Source: Lingula anatina (Eukaryota > Animalia > Brachiopoda). Taken from it: a DNA stretch of 64,000 bases. The translations under genes and the position numbers were made by a program. Each line of letters begins with the position of its first letter. Within the stretch, counting starts at the first letter, position 1. The DNA is taken from the NCBI GenBank assembly GCA_051362555.1, contig CM120641.1, positions 9,920,001-9,984,000 on the forward strand, given 5' to 3'. Below, one piece after another: positions 13,101 through 27,479 of the stretch. The notes below the pieces were generated by a model. The model saw only the letters and a program-made list of their open reading frames with translations, ran no database searches and was not told the DNA's origin.

Positions 13101-13850
13101 ATTTGGGCCAAAATAGCAAATCATTGTCTCACTGCAACTACGATTCCAAGAATTAATTATCTAAAGCAACCATCATGGACACAGTTTGATAAACAGAAGC
13201 CTTAATAAAATTCTTACCAGTCCTTTATAATCAGCTACCTTGATGCTCTTTGCTTTCTTTTTCTTTAGATGGAATACCTTAATGCTTCACATAAAGCAGC
13301 ATGACAACCAATGTCCATGCTTTATCAATAACAACTATCTGACCAATTTAATCATCTTCAGTTAATATTAACCCTGTCTCTGTGGTTATTACAGCTGCTA
13401 TCAACAACAAATGTGTTTGCCAATTGATTTTTCAACTCAGTGGTAAACAGGTAGAAAGGGTCACTGGACCATAAGGTGACAGACTGGATAAAATCAAGAT
13501 AGCAAGATAGATGCATCAGCCTAGACAAGTCTCTTCCAAATCACATTGGCTTTCATTAGTTCAGTGTTTGGGCTTCTTCACACTATCTAAAAATGACCAA
13601 CACATTCTGACAAACTGATTCATAATGCCTTCGAAACTACTACCTTATTTTTGATAGTCAGCAGAAATGATCCCAAATTTCAAAACCAGATGAAACAAAA
13701 TTCTGCCTTAGCAATCTTCAGATGTAAAGAGGTGATTCAGAGAACTCTAAATCATCCTCCAAATAAAATTTATTTTAATTGCTTAAGAAAATCATGTATA
13801 TTGCCATCCTCTGTGATAATCAAGGGTTGTAACAAATCTCAAATTGCTTA

Positions 13851-13895
<45 letters not shown>

Positions 13896-16800
13896 CATAT
13901 AAATAAAACATATACATAAAATCTTAAACTGCACAGTGTTATCTACACTTACCTTTTCCAACTACCCCTATTCCATTAGCAGCTTTTTCTTCCTCTGAAT
14001 CAGCTGCACCATGGGAATACATGGATGCCATACCCAGGGGAGACAGCACAGGCCCTGGGGACACAGAAAAGGGGAAGGGGTTAACAGAGCTTTTTTCCCA
14101 TTAACACAGAGCTTTGTAAAAACTCCCAAATGTCAGTGATGTACTTTTGTATATGATAGACTGAACTAATGGATATTTAAAATCAGCACTGTATAACATC
14201 AATATAAGATAAGAAAATGTAAGGATCCTTTTAGGTGGGGCAAACCTTCAAGTAATTAGGATGAAACTCTTTGCATTGTGAATGTTGTCTCAAAAAGCAA
14301 TTTTCAGTAACATGAAAAGCATGGTGAATATGCACTGTTGTGCAAAAGACTGCAATTCTTCAGAACTTATGAGAAAACAACCAGAAAAATGTATCCAGGG
14401 ATAAATTCTGTCATATTTTATTCCCTGCTGCATGACACTTGCTAGTCTGCCATTATTTCTAACTCCACTCTCCTCCAAATTTCACAAAAAATCTTGGTTG
14501 ATTTTAATCTAGGTTGTAAGTCTTTGGGCTATCTCTGACGATTTTCATTACAAATCCATCCACCTCTGCTCTTATTACAGGTAAGTATTAAGAGAGATAA
14601 TGAGAACAGCAGATTTAATTTCCTGCTTACTGAGGGACAAACCCATGCACCTTGCTGTGTTCTTGAGGTGCCTTGCAGGTATTAAGCAGCCTAATAATCA
14701 GCTACTTGCTAACCAAAGCTTAATTATACAAGGAAATGGCCACAGCAAAAAAGACTTCAACACATTAATAGACAACTCAGAAAAAATCGAACATCATATA
14801 CAGACTGCTACGTAGATTAATTTGCCAGATTACAACATTACTGTAATAACTGCTCCTCGTGATTATTTCATTCTATTTAATAAAATGATATTTCTATGAT
14901 GGTAGCACTCTCCATAAAACAACTACTCAACATTGGCGACAAAACCTGTCATACTGCAAAATATCAGTACAGCCTAAACAGTGCTGCATCTATTCTCAAG
15001 GTAGCAAGGTAGCATTTCCTTTGATAAATATGTCAGTAAGGTAAAAATCATGTTTGTCAGCTGAAATAATCCTCAGAGTTAAGACTTCTGACAAACAGCT
15101 TTTACAACTAAAACTGCATAAAAATACAGCTTACCTTTAGCCAATCTCCTTTTTTCCCTGGCCTTTGAGTGTATCTGACTTGCTCTAAGATCCCCAGGGG
15201 TGGCATCCTCAGCATATCCCCTTCCTATTACTTTTACATCAGAGTTGGGATTCTCTTTAAAGGTAACTCCACTGTTTGGGTTATAATCCAAATGGGGACT
15301 CTCTTTTTCCATCCTGTTGTTATTGTCCAAAAGGTTTTCTTGGCTCTTTTTCTTTTCTTTCATGGAGTTCATCCTGGCTATTCTGGGTTTTGTTTCAAAG
15401 GGTGAGTCAGACTTCTTATTGCTACAATTTGATAAAAATGGAGAAAAAATTATTATGGCCTTGATTCAAGATGTAATATCAGCTCACTATATATTTTAAC
15501 TCTTGTGCATATCCATTTTCAAAGCTAAAATTCTGTAATTGTCAAGAAAATGTCTACATTTCTCCTCTAAAATTTTCTCCAAATTTATATATCAACATAG
15601 TTTTATATCACTGAAAAGGTAAAAATAAAAATAAAAAATCAACAATAGCATAAACAATCAATATTTACTCAAATATATACAGGCCTGTTGCCAGCGATTT
15701 TGAAGAGAGAGAGCAAGTGTCTTTTTCTGGAAAAGTGGAGCTTTTCAAAATAATGACAGAGCCTAGATTATATTTTGATTCACAGCTGACCTTTTTCCAG
15801 TCAAAAGGGAATTTTTTGGAATTCCTGACACCCCCCCCCTCCACCGCCTACAGGCCTGACATATACCATATGCACCATCAAAAGGCACATTGTAAAAATG
15901 TTCCTCACCTTGTTCTCCGACTTCCCTTGTCTGATACCTCACTTGCTTCATCTCGTGGACTTAAAGTGGACAAAGGACTAAACACTCCACTTTCCAACAA
16001 GTAATCGGGACTGGGAGAATTGGAGTTTTCTTGACCTGGGTCAGTCCCAAACTGGTTTTGTTCTTGTCTGTCAAGTTTCTCAAACAGCTTTTCCACCTTT
16101 CTTTTGGCACTTGTACGGATGCTGCGGAGTGACGTATTTAGCTGTGGATGATTTTTAAAAATAAATATAAATAATCATCATAACAGTGTCAAAAAATTCA
16201 CTTTTAAAATAATCAATTTACTGATCATAATAATCTCTACTGGATGTGTTCAATGTCAATTAATGACATCATGCAACATATACAAAAAAATAAAATCAAT
16301 TGCTGTACATGCATACAATGAAGGGAAGGAAAACATTATTTCAAATATAGTATGTCAAACATTTACTTCTTCAGAATTAGGTGCACCATCCAAGGTGTTT
16401 TCAAGGCTGTCCCTCCCACTGTCCTTCTCATCATCTTCTCTCCGCGCAGAGCCTCTATCTGAGAGTGGAGGGACTTTGTGTCGTTTTGACGCAGATCCGC
16501 GAGCTAAGGTGGGTTTCAATGGGATGGGAGATTCCAATGGATCAACTGAAGATGAATAATACGAATAATGTGACAATATTTCACCTTTCATAAATTCATA
16601 ACCTTCGTGGGTGTGGTCTTTGTGATCATTTTATCCTTCAATTATTCTGCATGTGCTAATGGAGCACCACTTGATCTTTTTTTCAGCTCTTTGTGTCATT
16701 AATGGAATTGTCAAAAAAAATTATAAAAGACGGCCTGTTACACAATCCATTTCACGCATGCCAGTGTGCACACCTATTGATCAATTCGTTCAATTAGCTT

Positions 16801-19800
16801 ATATCTAATGACTTCTACCTGAACTGTGTGTTTTGCTTCTTTCTGAGCTTCCACACCCATGGAAATCAATATCGTGTGACTCTTACACAATAGATTGGCC
16901 CAAAGAGTGATGAGTTTCCGGCCATGATTGCACACAACTTGTTTTTTCAATCCCATTTAGCTCACATGATAAATCGTCATGATGTCAAAGACATGACAAG
17001 ATAATGAAACATGGGTAGGTTCTTGTCCTTTATTTAGTTTGCAAATATGTCACTGTCAGAATACAACAAATAATAATACCATTACTCATTATGAAGACTA
17101 TCTTTTATCCCTTATTGCTGTATCTCTTACATGGAAAATATTAATGCACAAGGACTTATGCAGGGTTAAAGAAGAAAAATCAATTAACCAGGCATTGTTG
17201 AGGCCTAGGCTCCAGCAATAATAAACTGTTTACGGCATTAATAAGGCTTACTGCAAACGACAAGAGAGAATCAATGACAGATGATTCTTAGAATTTCCAC
17301 GGTCAAAGTTTCCCAAAAGCCAATAACAATTTAGAAATGGGATTTAATCAACAAGTTCAAAGTACTCACCATCTCTCCTACTGTCTTGGGTGTAATGGTC
17401 TCTGGGGAGGCTTTCCAATGGATGGTTGTGTTCAGGCCAGTCTGGAAAGTTGGGTGTCTCTGGGGCTGAATAATAATAGCAATAATAACACAATGAGCAA
17501 GTTTGGAACAGTGAAATTAATGACAAAAATATATGGTTCTCATAATCTCATAATTCAAAGAAATGCGAAATTAATAGCTGCATTTGTAATGATAACACAG
17601 AAAGGAGTGCTCTGTTTACAATATCTGGTTGGATACAAATTTCCTCATTAGTTTGGGTACAGTCTCTAAGTGAATTCACATCTCGTTATCCAACTGATAG
17701 ACATCCACGGACAAAATCATTACTAATACTTTATATATGGCAAATGGAGATGACCTTTCAATAATCAACTGGTAGACCCAAGCTTAATGAGACACATACC
17801 AAATAACAAGTCATTAGAATATGACAACTAACAATAAGCACTTCTACTTTCTCTATATATGTGCCATTGGTGTAGTAGATTTATGGAAAGTTATTTGTAA
17901 ATGTAGGCTGAGAGGAGAGAGCACTCTTAACTAATGCTTAATATTTGCAGTATGACCTCAGCATACATCAAAATTAGAATTAAAATTAACAACATGCCAT
18001 GCTGGGAAGGGTAAAGGCCAATATCACTAATATTTGCTGGTTGACGCAAACAAAATTTGTTTATGATACAGATTCATTGTACCCCTAAATAATTAAAGGC
18101 CATCAGAGACAGCCCACAGAGATAAATGATGATCTGGTTCATTAACTAAATAGCAAATGAATCACATTTTACCTGAAATTGGGTCCAATATCGGCTTGTT
18201 GGGTTTTGTTTCGAAGTCCAGTCTTTTCCCATCTGGCCAAGAGCTAGACAGATCCTTAACGTCTTTGCCTCCAAATGAATTGGACGGAAAGTAAGGTTTG
18301 TTGAACATGGCTGTGTCATCTGGATAGCTTTCTGCCACTGGCCCACTGCTCCCCCTACTACGTGCTGGTGATGATGTGGCCGAGGACATAGGACCACCTA
18401 CATAATGGGAAACACCATCAAAATTTATTTTTCATAAAATTTTATATTTAAATTGGTGAAATATGCCACTCAACTTCTTAAAATATGCCACTGTACTTCT
18501 AAGTTCATTTGAAATATTAAGTTTCATGTCATTTCAAAATTTCCATCATATTAAGTGATAGTAATAGCCGACACAAAAGCCTCAATGCTGAAAAATTTCA
18601 TGTGTACTTGTTTACCTTTTTCTGTGCCTGAATCATTGTCTCTGTTTGATTTTAACTTGTTTCTAAGATATATTTGTTTGTAACTACTGGCAGACTTTCC
18701 ACCTAGAAGATAACAGCAAATAAGACCATAAGACTCATTACAGAATAAAATAACTTACAAATGCATCTCAAAATTTAACTGTCATCTTAATAATATTAAT
18801 GAAAGTAAAATTATGAAACAAACCAAAATGGTCAGTATCTTTACATTGCTGTTTCTGGTTGTTCAGCAGATAAATAGAAGAGAAAACATCAACTCTTGTA
18901 GAAAAACAAATCCCTAGGTAAAAATAAATAAGAAATGTCACGGAAATGTGATCCAGCATGAATATACCAAAATATCAGTGACAATGTTTATAATCTGACA
19001 GGATTTTACCTATTTGACAAATCCTTTTAATATTTCGACAAAATAAAAATTTGGCAGCCTACTTGTAGGCCTGCAATCATTGAATCAGAAGCAAACAAAG
19101 AAACCTGTTAAAAAATGCACACCTGGTCACAATTTGTTTTTATCAAATACAAGCAGAAAATTATTACCACCATTAGTTCCATGCCTTATATCTATACTTG
19201 ACAACAAACAATCAATGTGTTACCTGTGTCAGGAGACTGATCTCTGATGGGAACACCACTACCCCCAGAAGTCTGTCTTCTATATGGTTTACGTGGAGGA
19301 GGCTGGTTTTCTGTATGTGCTCCCAAGCTTTCTTCACCCCAAGTTGTCCTTGGTTTGAATGGAGGTGGGGTACTCTCTGTTAGAGGTTTTGGTGGACGGG
19401 CCTAGAAAATAAGTTAAATAACAATTTATGTATTACACTTGATCAAAAATCACACAGGTTCATGATGTGTTTGATGCCTTTGATTAGAAGTTATGCAGAA
19501 CATAACACACTATAAAAGTGTATAAGTAAAATTATTATCATAATCATGTACAGTCTATACCCTCTATCCACCTTGTAATTTTTGGCCAGATAGAAGCAAT
19601 TTTAAAAATCTGCATGCGCGCAGAGGGCATTGTACCCACTGTATAGGGAGCTACTACAGGAGATTCCTCAGTTAACTTCAATCTGTAGTAACAAGCTTTT
19701 CAGAAGGGGCTACTTTATCTGTCCAAGAAGTTATCATTATAACTTCTTGATCTGTCACAAAAGAGTAAGTGATTAAATTCAGAGCAATTAACTGTCTTGA

Positions 19801-22800
19801 TTGCTGTCAAGGGAAAATGACTTGGGTCTCTTAAGTGGCAGTGCCTGAGCAGTTATGCAAACAATTACCAGCCATGTAATCAACCTAGATATCTCATCAC
19901 AGGGTCACAGATAGTAAATTGACCATCTATTCATCTAAAGACATATCTGTGAATATCCTGTGAAAAGTCAATCTGTGGCCCTGGTAGAGGGTATACAGTC
20001 TGGATGGTTGGGGATTGTTATCTTACCAGCAAACAAACCACTACAGATAGGAAGAGGATATTATCTTAATCTGTTAGATGATTGCTTCTATTTTATACTA
20101 GTATATATATATATATATTTCAAACAGTTTATCTTCAATTCTGCTACAAAACAATGCACTTGTCAATAAAGAAAGAACATACTGGGGCAGTGGACCCCTT
20201 TTTGTTAATCTGAATTTTCACCTAAAGCCTATCCAGCAAACAAAATTCCATTAGTATTAGACATTCTCTCTTTACTACCAGTCTCAATCACTTATCTACA
20301 GCCCAGACTTGGTTTAGTTTGGTTGGTAAATCCATTTGGCAAATAGAGAAATAGCCACAAGTGATAAAATATCTCAATTCTACCCCTTGATAAGTGTGCC
20401 AAAATCTCAATACTTTTTTATGTGAAAAAGTGCAGACAAGTCCCACTTTCTACAAGTAGATGCATTACTAGTGTTTACGTGCATAATCAATCTGTTTAAT
20501 CTGTCATTATGAAATTATACAAGTCCGTAACAAGTGACATGGCAATGTCTGGGTTGTATAACATGTCACACCACATGAGGAACAAATCAATGAAGAGTTC
20601 CACACTTCAAATTGAAGCACAGAAAATGGACAACTGTGTGCTAATGAATTCTTTATGATAGAAACAGGTTAATGTTTGACAGTGTTAACAGAGCTAGAAA
20701 CAGTATTCCTATGCACACTTTCAATGTGTCTACAACAGCAAGTATACTTAGATTGATTCCATCCTCTTTAAATAATACTCTTAAATGATGTAAATTATTA
20801 GTTCAATATTCTAGCAAATTGATTGATTTTGGTGCTATTTAAGCTTAAGATATGTAATCATGCTGCAGTAAACTTTGAAAGTTAAAAAACAACAATCTTA
20901 TTTAAGCAATAAGTTCAGTAACGGCTTTAATTTTTTTAACCTCTGTCATTGTCCCTAACACCCTTGACACACAATGCTCTTTCTTTTCACAGCAACATTT
21001 AAGTTTATGCAATTTTTTTTCTATATTTAGAAAAAGCAAATAAAAAAAAAACTTCCACAAAGACCTAATACCTTTGGCTTAACATGTTCTATGCATTGGG
21101 CTCCAAAACCCTTTAAAACGTAGCTTAACTATCAATGAAAACCTTTCACCCAACAACTGGCACTGAACAAACAATGAAGTGCTTACACAAATATCATAAT
21201 AGAAACTAACACCATAACAGTGCTTTATACCATACATATCTTAATACTCGGCTCTCTTTATTTCTATATACTTATGCCTGGACTGTGATAGTCAAATCTG
21301 AATGCAAATGACATGGCAAAAAAAGAAAATATATATGTCTGAACCAACTGCCCCTTTTCATTATAGCCCTTCTTCAATGAAATTTAACCCTTATCTGTAC
21401 TAGTAAGCAATGTAATATAATGAAAAATACTTGATCCACCCTTACTTTTCAAATCAGAACATAGACTGAGTACATATAGAAGCACTATTGCAAGGTCCAA
21501 CAAGTGATCTTAACTCAAGTTTTACAGAAAGATTCTGTATTCAAAGTACATATAAAAATACATTCTATTTTATAGCATTTCTTTATTATGGCAACATACT
21601 TTTTATTCCACAAACTTTAAGTAATTCTATTTATAATTTTCTTCTATATTAATATTGTGCAAATGTTGATTTCAGATAGCTATTTTGACCCATAATTATG
21701 TGTATACAGTACACTTGCTCTGTGAATCTAGGCATGCCACTTAAGAGGAGTAATTAGCTGGAAAGGATGAGGGGCAAAGGGGATTTAGATATCAATTTTG
21801 AAATTTAAACTTTTTTACCTTTGGCAGTTTATGAACAAGAACCACTAGAGTCAAGTGTGTTCAGGCAACAAACTCAGCTACAAAACACAACCTTTGATGT
21901 TTGACCACATAGCACAAGCTATATAACAATTGCCAATTTCTTGGTTCATGAATTTATTATGGGAGTTCTAATGTGATTTAGGTATGCATTATGTTAAAGA
22001 AAAGAATAAAATCTGCTCATTGAAGCACAACTGGTGTTATTGATTAGCCATAAATTTGTGTGGGTGCCAGGATGTAACCGTGTTTCTTCAGTGAGGTCTT
22101 TATTGTGCCACTGCACTGGTGTGTGCCATTTCCCCAATGAATCGATTTTAGAATTGATTTTAACTCCCAACCAACCAATTACAATTCATATTCATAAATA
22201 TCAGTATGTTACACCATGATTTACCTTTATTGTACCAGACAAAGTAAAATATCAACTTTCAAAACTCTCTGCAAAACCTATTTCATCTTTCTCGTATAAC
22301 ACATGCATGGCGAAGTTGGATAAAATAATCCTATTTCATATTCAAGTATAATTAATTTGCAAAATATATGCAAATGAGTTTGTAGGATGGAAAATAAAAA
22401 GAAATATATTTATGATAAAAAGGTGAAAATTTTATTGCTCTTGATAATAGATATAGCATAGAAGTTCTGTAAGCTTTCTAATGCAACTGCAGTGTTGTTC
22501 ACAGCTGGAGTACTAGTGCTTTCAAAATTTTTATCCATATAGTATTTTAAGTTATAATTTTTTATTCATAAATCTACCTGGACTGATGAATTAACATTAT
22601 TCTAACAATGTACTGACACATGAAAAAAACTGCAGCAATATACAGTACTTTACCAATTCCTGAACACCTCATAATCTACATTACTTGGCTTAATTCACCG
22701 AGTCACAATTTTAAAAATCATCAAAAGAAACCCTTATTTAATAGTGCCAATTGATAGCCCCTCAAAAATTACTCAACATCCTTCAGGTAGCAAGACCTAG

Positions 22801-25649
22801 TTCTGACAGTAACCAAACTGGGGACAAAGTGGACATCATTTAACCCTGCCCTGAGTGGACCATTACCCACCTGTGCTAGGGCTTACTGGTATGAATGGAT
22901 GCAAGTAGATCAATGTTTTGGAAAATAACACTCTCTTGCAATAGGTCACAATGCTAAGAGAAACACTGCCCAGTGATTCGTGTTTACACATATAACTTCT
23001 AAAGGACTGTCAACATAAATCTGATATAATCTGGTTATGCAGTTTAATTATGGCCAACACGTCTGTATCGGACCAACAAGTGACCGACTCAATTTCTTTT
23101 CATCAGTTCATTATTCTGAACAATGAGAGACCATGATACCAATGATGTATCATTCCCATTTAACTTAACTAACATAGATTGCTCCAGACAAGGGTAAACA
23201 TTGCCGAAGATAAAATATCGACCAATTTTCTGCCAAAGAATTATTATTTACAAGCTATCAGATTATTTTCTTTGAAATTTCAGGAGTTAATAAAGAAGTT
23301 ATCTAAAACAAATGCTAAGTCCCAACTCAATTTGAAAACAGCTTTATATTCCAAATATAAAACTAATTTTGTAGCAAAACATAAACAATATGTCAAGTAA
23401 ATTGTTTCACAAATTTAAACATTTCTCCAATCTGCATTTGTGCCTTTAGGATCAAATGTGCATTACACTTCGGGTTTTGTTTTCAATATATTCACTGCAT
23501 AAAAGTTGTTGTTTGGGGTTTCAAGAAAGGGAAAATGCATATCAAATTATGAATTTTTAGTCATTACACGAGGAAAGATCAAAATGTGGATTGGTCAAAG
23601 AAAGATTTGATTAACAGAAAATATCATCTTGCTACTCACTTGTGAAGCAGGTGTATTTGATGAATGATAGCCTCCATTTTCTTCCCTACCAATGCTGTCA
23701 TCGTCCTCAGCCCAAGGGAGTTTCTTCTTATCCCGACCAGCACTGAGAAATCTCCTTGGAGAGGGTCCGGTAGAGACAGGGCTCTCTAAAGCAGGGGCTG
23801 GTGTGGAGCGTGCAGATCCTGCAACTGATTCCAACTCCATGGTGTCTGATCGTGCTGATCTTGCAGAGCCTCCCCCACCCCCTGCAGCCTGCATAATCCA
23901 GTCTATATCAGCCCCTTGTGAGGCAGATATAGAGGCCGAACTTTTCTGTGAACTTGAAGAGAGAGTGGTGGCATATTCAACTAATCCCTCACTGTTGATT
24001 CTAGGAAGTTGTCGTCTGGCTAGCCGTGCCTGCACTGCAGCCATTACTCCATCCCCTTCATAGCTTAACTCTACACTATCTACAGCTTGGACTAGGGGCT
24101 GTAGCCTCCCAGCTCCCATAGCTTGGGCCAGCATGCCAAAACACTCCAAAGATGCTTGTCTTACATGCCTCTTGGAGTCAACTAGTGTAGGCCCTATAGT
24201 TTGACACAATGAGGGCAGATCAAAGTCATAACTGGGAAAAGTCAGAAGTGCTGCTATGATGATATTCAGTGCTTCTTGGCGGATCCTTGCACTTCGATTG
24301 CCTAGCTGCTCACAGATCACAGATAACACAAATTTGGGAGAAAGCGAGGTCATTAAGTGTCTGGCCACTTTGTGCACAGACTGACGTACAACTATTTTAT
24401 TGTCATTTAAACATTTGCACACAGCATTCAGTATTGGTTTGGAAAAGGGCCTAACACTTGACCCAAGCTTGACCACAAGCATGTCTAATATGTCCATGGT
24501 AGTCACACTTATTCTGAAGTTCTTATCATCAAGCATATTGTTTAGAAGGCCAACTAAGGGCATCATATGTGGTATAATTAAATCCACATCCTGAAGCCCT
24601 CCAATGATAATTTTGAGCTCTTCAATGGCAGCCTGTCTTGCTCTGAAGTCCTCCTGATTGTTCAATCTCTCCATAAGGTGACTAGGTATAATGCCCATCT
24701 CCACAATGTGAGAACTCTGCTGCTGATATGTGGGAGTATGAACAATAGGGTTCTGTTCCTGGAGAGGAGTACTGGGCCCTGATGGTCTTGGAGATGCCAC
24801 ATTGCTTTGTGTACTGACTGTGAATCTCCTTGGGGTACCATTTAAACTGGAGTTCAAGTCTGTGCTAGATGTCCGACTATCAAAGCCATTTTCTTCTTTT
24901 CTGTTTGTTAACTTGCAGTAGTACCGTCGGACAGGAACTGGCAGTCGCTGAATATATGCATCAAACACATTGTCTCCTACAAGAGTTCTGATTTTTTCAA
25001 GTGACATTAATGACACTTGAGTGAGATTGTCTTCAACGCTTTGAGAAGTGGCTACTAGTTGTTTGGCCAAAGCCTGTGTAATTTCCAACAAATTCTCATT
25101 TTCAAACTCCTTTGTAAAGAGCATAGGTAGCGCAACAGTGGTCTCTCTCTTGACTTTGAAATCCTCATTTTCTAAACCAAACTGGACTAATGCATGAAAA
25201 ACCTGCTGGATGTTACTGGTATATTTCATATAAACATGAACAGTTTGTATAACTGCTTTTCTTATTGTAATTTTGCTGTCTCCAAGATTAGGAATAAGCT
25301 TAGGAAGCACAACTGTCATGCACTTATCCAAGTTATCATCTAATTTTGGAATCAGTTCATTAATCAGGTTGATACATTGGTGGCGAACGTCCCAGTTGGT
25401 ATCCGATACCGCCCTCGACAATCCTTGAAATATGGAGAGCTGGTCCTGGAATGGCAACCGGCCTCCATGTCTCCTGGCAGTCTGACGCAGCTGGTCTAGA
25501 ATGTCTGCCCTTTTCTGGAAGCTCTGATCGTAGAGTTGATCGAGCACTACATCTTGTTCCATTATACTGATACCAGACGGATGTGTTATATAGTGATCAT
25601 CGTTGACATTGTAAGCGGGACTTGGAAACTTTGCAACGGTACCTGCCAT
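7149..25649 (-). CDS. TOGARAM1: TOG array regulator of axonemal microtubules 1 (crescerin/FAM179B/CHE-12), 22 exons, ~1903 aa
   Basis: Exons (-): 25649-23640, 19401-19224, 18702-18616, 18397-18173, 17465-17370, 16545-16367, 16141-15909, 15421-15135, 14054-13953, 13048-12864, 12565-12223, 11999-11906, 11660-11472, 10963-10771, 10207-10059, 9674-9516, 9330-9204, 9071-8983, 8764-8542, 8247-8031, 7775-7689, 7408-7149. All are GT-AG and phase-consistent (5712 nt). The 2-kb exon 1 encodes TOG1/TOG2 (AVQARLARRQLP). TOG3 includes WNEKCDGL and EVRNLRSQVSRLA. TOG4 includes DWKQRHEG and RLNDSNSKVN. Linker exons are less certain than the TOG exons. Confidence 0.92.
13853..13893. repeat. (AAT)n microsatellite
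   Basis: About 13 AAT units read directly. Confidence 0.9.
15680..15858. mobile_element. Probable hAT-like MITE in a TOGARAM1 intron
   Basis: Ends CAGGCCTGTTG... and ...CTACAGGCCTG, with a subterminal C-run. Flanks ATATATA / ACATATA form an imperfect TSD. Confidence 0.5.
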
Positions 25650-25690
25650 CAACAAATTTGTGCCGAAATTTAGTTGACGTAAACGGACAG

Positions 25691-25879
25691 GTTTCCCTGC
25701 AACGTTGTCTCAACTCACTGAGGTCCACAAAGTAAAAACATCCCGTTAATTTGACGACTGCTCCACAGAACCTACGGATGTCAGTCACCTTCCATCGCCA
25801 ATAATCACTCACCGAGACCAAATATTGATCACATAAATTCCAAGATGGCTACTTCACTACAACAATCTAGTCACGTGAC
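25691..25879. promoter_or_regulatory. TOGARAM1 proximal promoter motifs: X-box-like GTTTCCCTGCAAC (25691), YY1-like CAAGATGGC (25841), palindromic E-box GTCACGTGAC (25870)
   Basis: Motifs read directly 40-230 bp upstream of the start codon at 25649. Factor identity is inferred from consensus similarity only. Confidence 0.4.
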
Positions 25880-27479
25880 AAGTTCCCGGATGAATAATTT
25901 ACATTGTGTCAGTTGCACTTCTGTCACATCTATAACAAGTAAGATGTAACGTAAACTTTGTAATACGGTAGACTACAAGTATATTTGATGAGAGGAAAGG
26001 TGGGATGACACTGCCATTGGAAAATTTTATTGTGATATTAATGTAGGACCTACCTTTTTTGGAATTTATCACTTTCTCATCAGCAACAAGATTTTGTTAT
26101 TTCAAAATCTTTAGAACGTAAACATCTTTAAAAATTTATAGCCACGTTAATGTTAAACTGATGCTCAATAAATAGGTTTATTTAACATATTTTTATTTAG
26201 TTGAAAGAAAAGGAGTATTAGAATTGTCTGTCCAAGTAAAACTTAACTTACATGAGGCTAGCAACTGAAATCACTGAAAAAATAATTACTAGATTTCTGC
26301 CACAAAAATAACTGTTCGCTTTGGCCAAACGATTTTTCCACAATTACCAATAGTTAATGAATCCATACAGCATTTCAAGTTTGTCCAATTTTTTTTTCTA
26401 AAAAAGTTTTATATATAAAAATCTCTTAAGAGATTATAAGGGAGGTATCGTCGTCTGTGAAAGCCCATCTGTGATGGTCTGATCGCAAGCAGAGATTCCA
26501 GAATAATTGTGATAACCGCTGTTTTGGTGTTAAAATGAATTGTATTATATTTCTATGAGTTATTTACAGTGTATTTTTTGTGAAATACATCCATCTCAAC
26601 AGTTGTTATCCCTTTGAATTACGCAATAAACAGCATGCGGCGACTTTCACGGTGTCGCCCGAAAAAATTGGGGCGTTTTTTGCCGCTGGTCATTATTTTT
26701 AGTAGGCTAATTTGGTGTTTTTCTGATACTTTTAAAATTATTTTTTTTAAATCAATTCAGTTATATCTAGACAATATGGTGATAGGTAACGGTCAAATGT
26801 TTTTCACAAAACATGAGAAAGCTGCATTTTCTTGGAAGGTAATTTGCAATACCTTTGTTACCAGGCATTGTGAAAAATATACTTGAAGTTGAGGGCAAAA
26901 TGTGTCAGTCAAATAAACTTGCATCTTATAATACCCCTTTAGTGCAATCTAATTTTTGTTAGTATTTAAAAAAATGCAAGTATCATCCAAAAGAGTTGTT
27001 ATTAAAAAAAAACTCGTCACTAAAACCCTCATTAGGCCTACTGAATACGAAAACTGCATATTAGCAAGGCATGAATCGAAAAATGTTAACATTATTGCAC
27101 AAAAAAGGCAGATTGATCACTTTCTGTCATCAAAGGTTTAGAAAAAGTAGAATATGTGTTTAACTTTTTTCACTTTTCTGTTTTCTTCAACGTACGCCTA
27201 CATGTAGGCCTATGTGGGGAGTCCTGCATGTAATATAACATCGATGTACATAGGCCTATATATTGAGAACCATTGTGAACTTAAACAATACTGTTTTGTT
27301 CTCGATCGTTAAAAAGTTTAACAGTAACCTAATATGTATTAAACAAGCTAATGGAAAACAATCCATTCTATTTTGAAACAGTAAGAACAATGTTTAAATA
27401 AAGCTGAAAATAAACCGTTCAAGTGCCACGTGGCGGAGCCACCTTTCCAGCTCTTCTTGAAATTAATGTGAAAACAAAC

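Noticed and set aside
19551-20001. Possible TIR element (TATACCCTCTA ... TAGAGGGTATA)
   Set aside because: Only about 11-15 bp of inverted match and no clear TSD; may be an old MITE but not well enough supported.
23692-24594. Plus-strand ORFs inside TOGARAM1 exon 1
   Set aside because: Antisense by-products of a long coding exon, with no independent support.
26606-27141. Possible piggyBac-like relic (CCCTTTGA ... TCAAAGG) between TOGARAM1 and FBXO28
   Set aside because: The TTAA TSD and TIRs are too degenerate to call.
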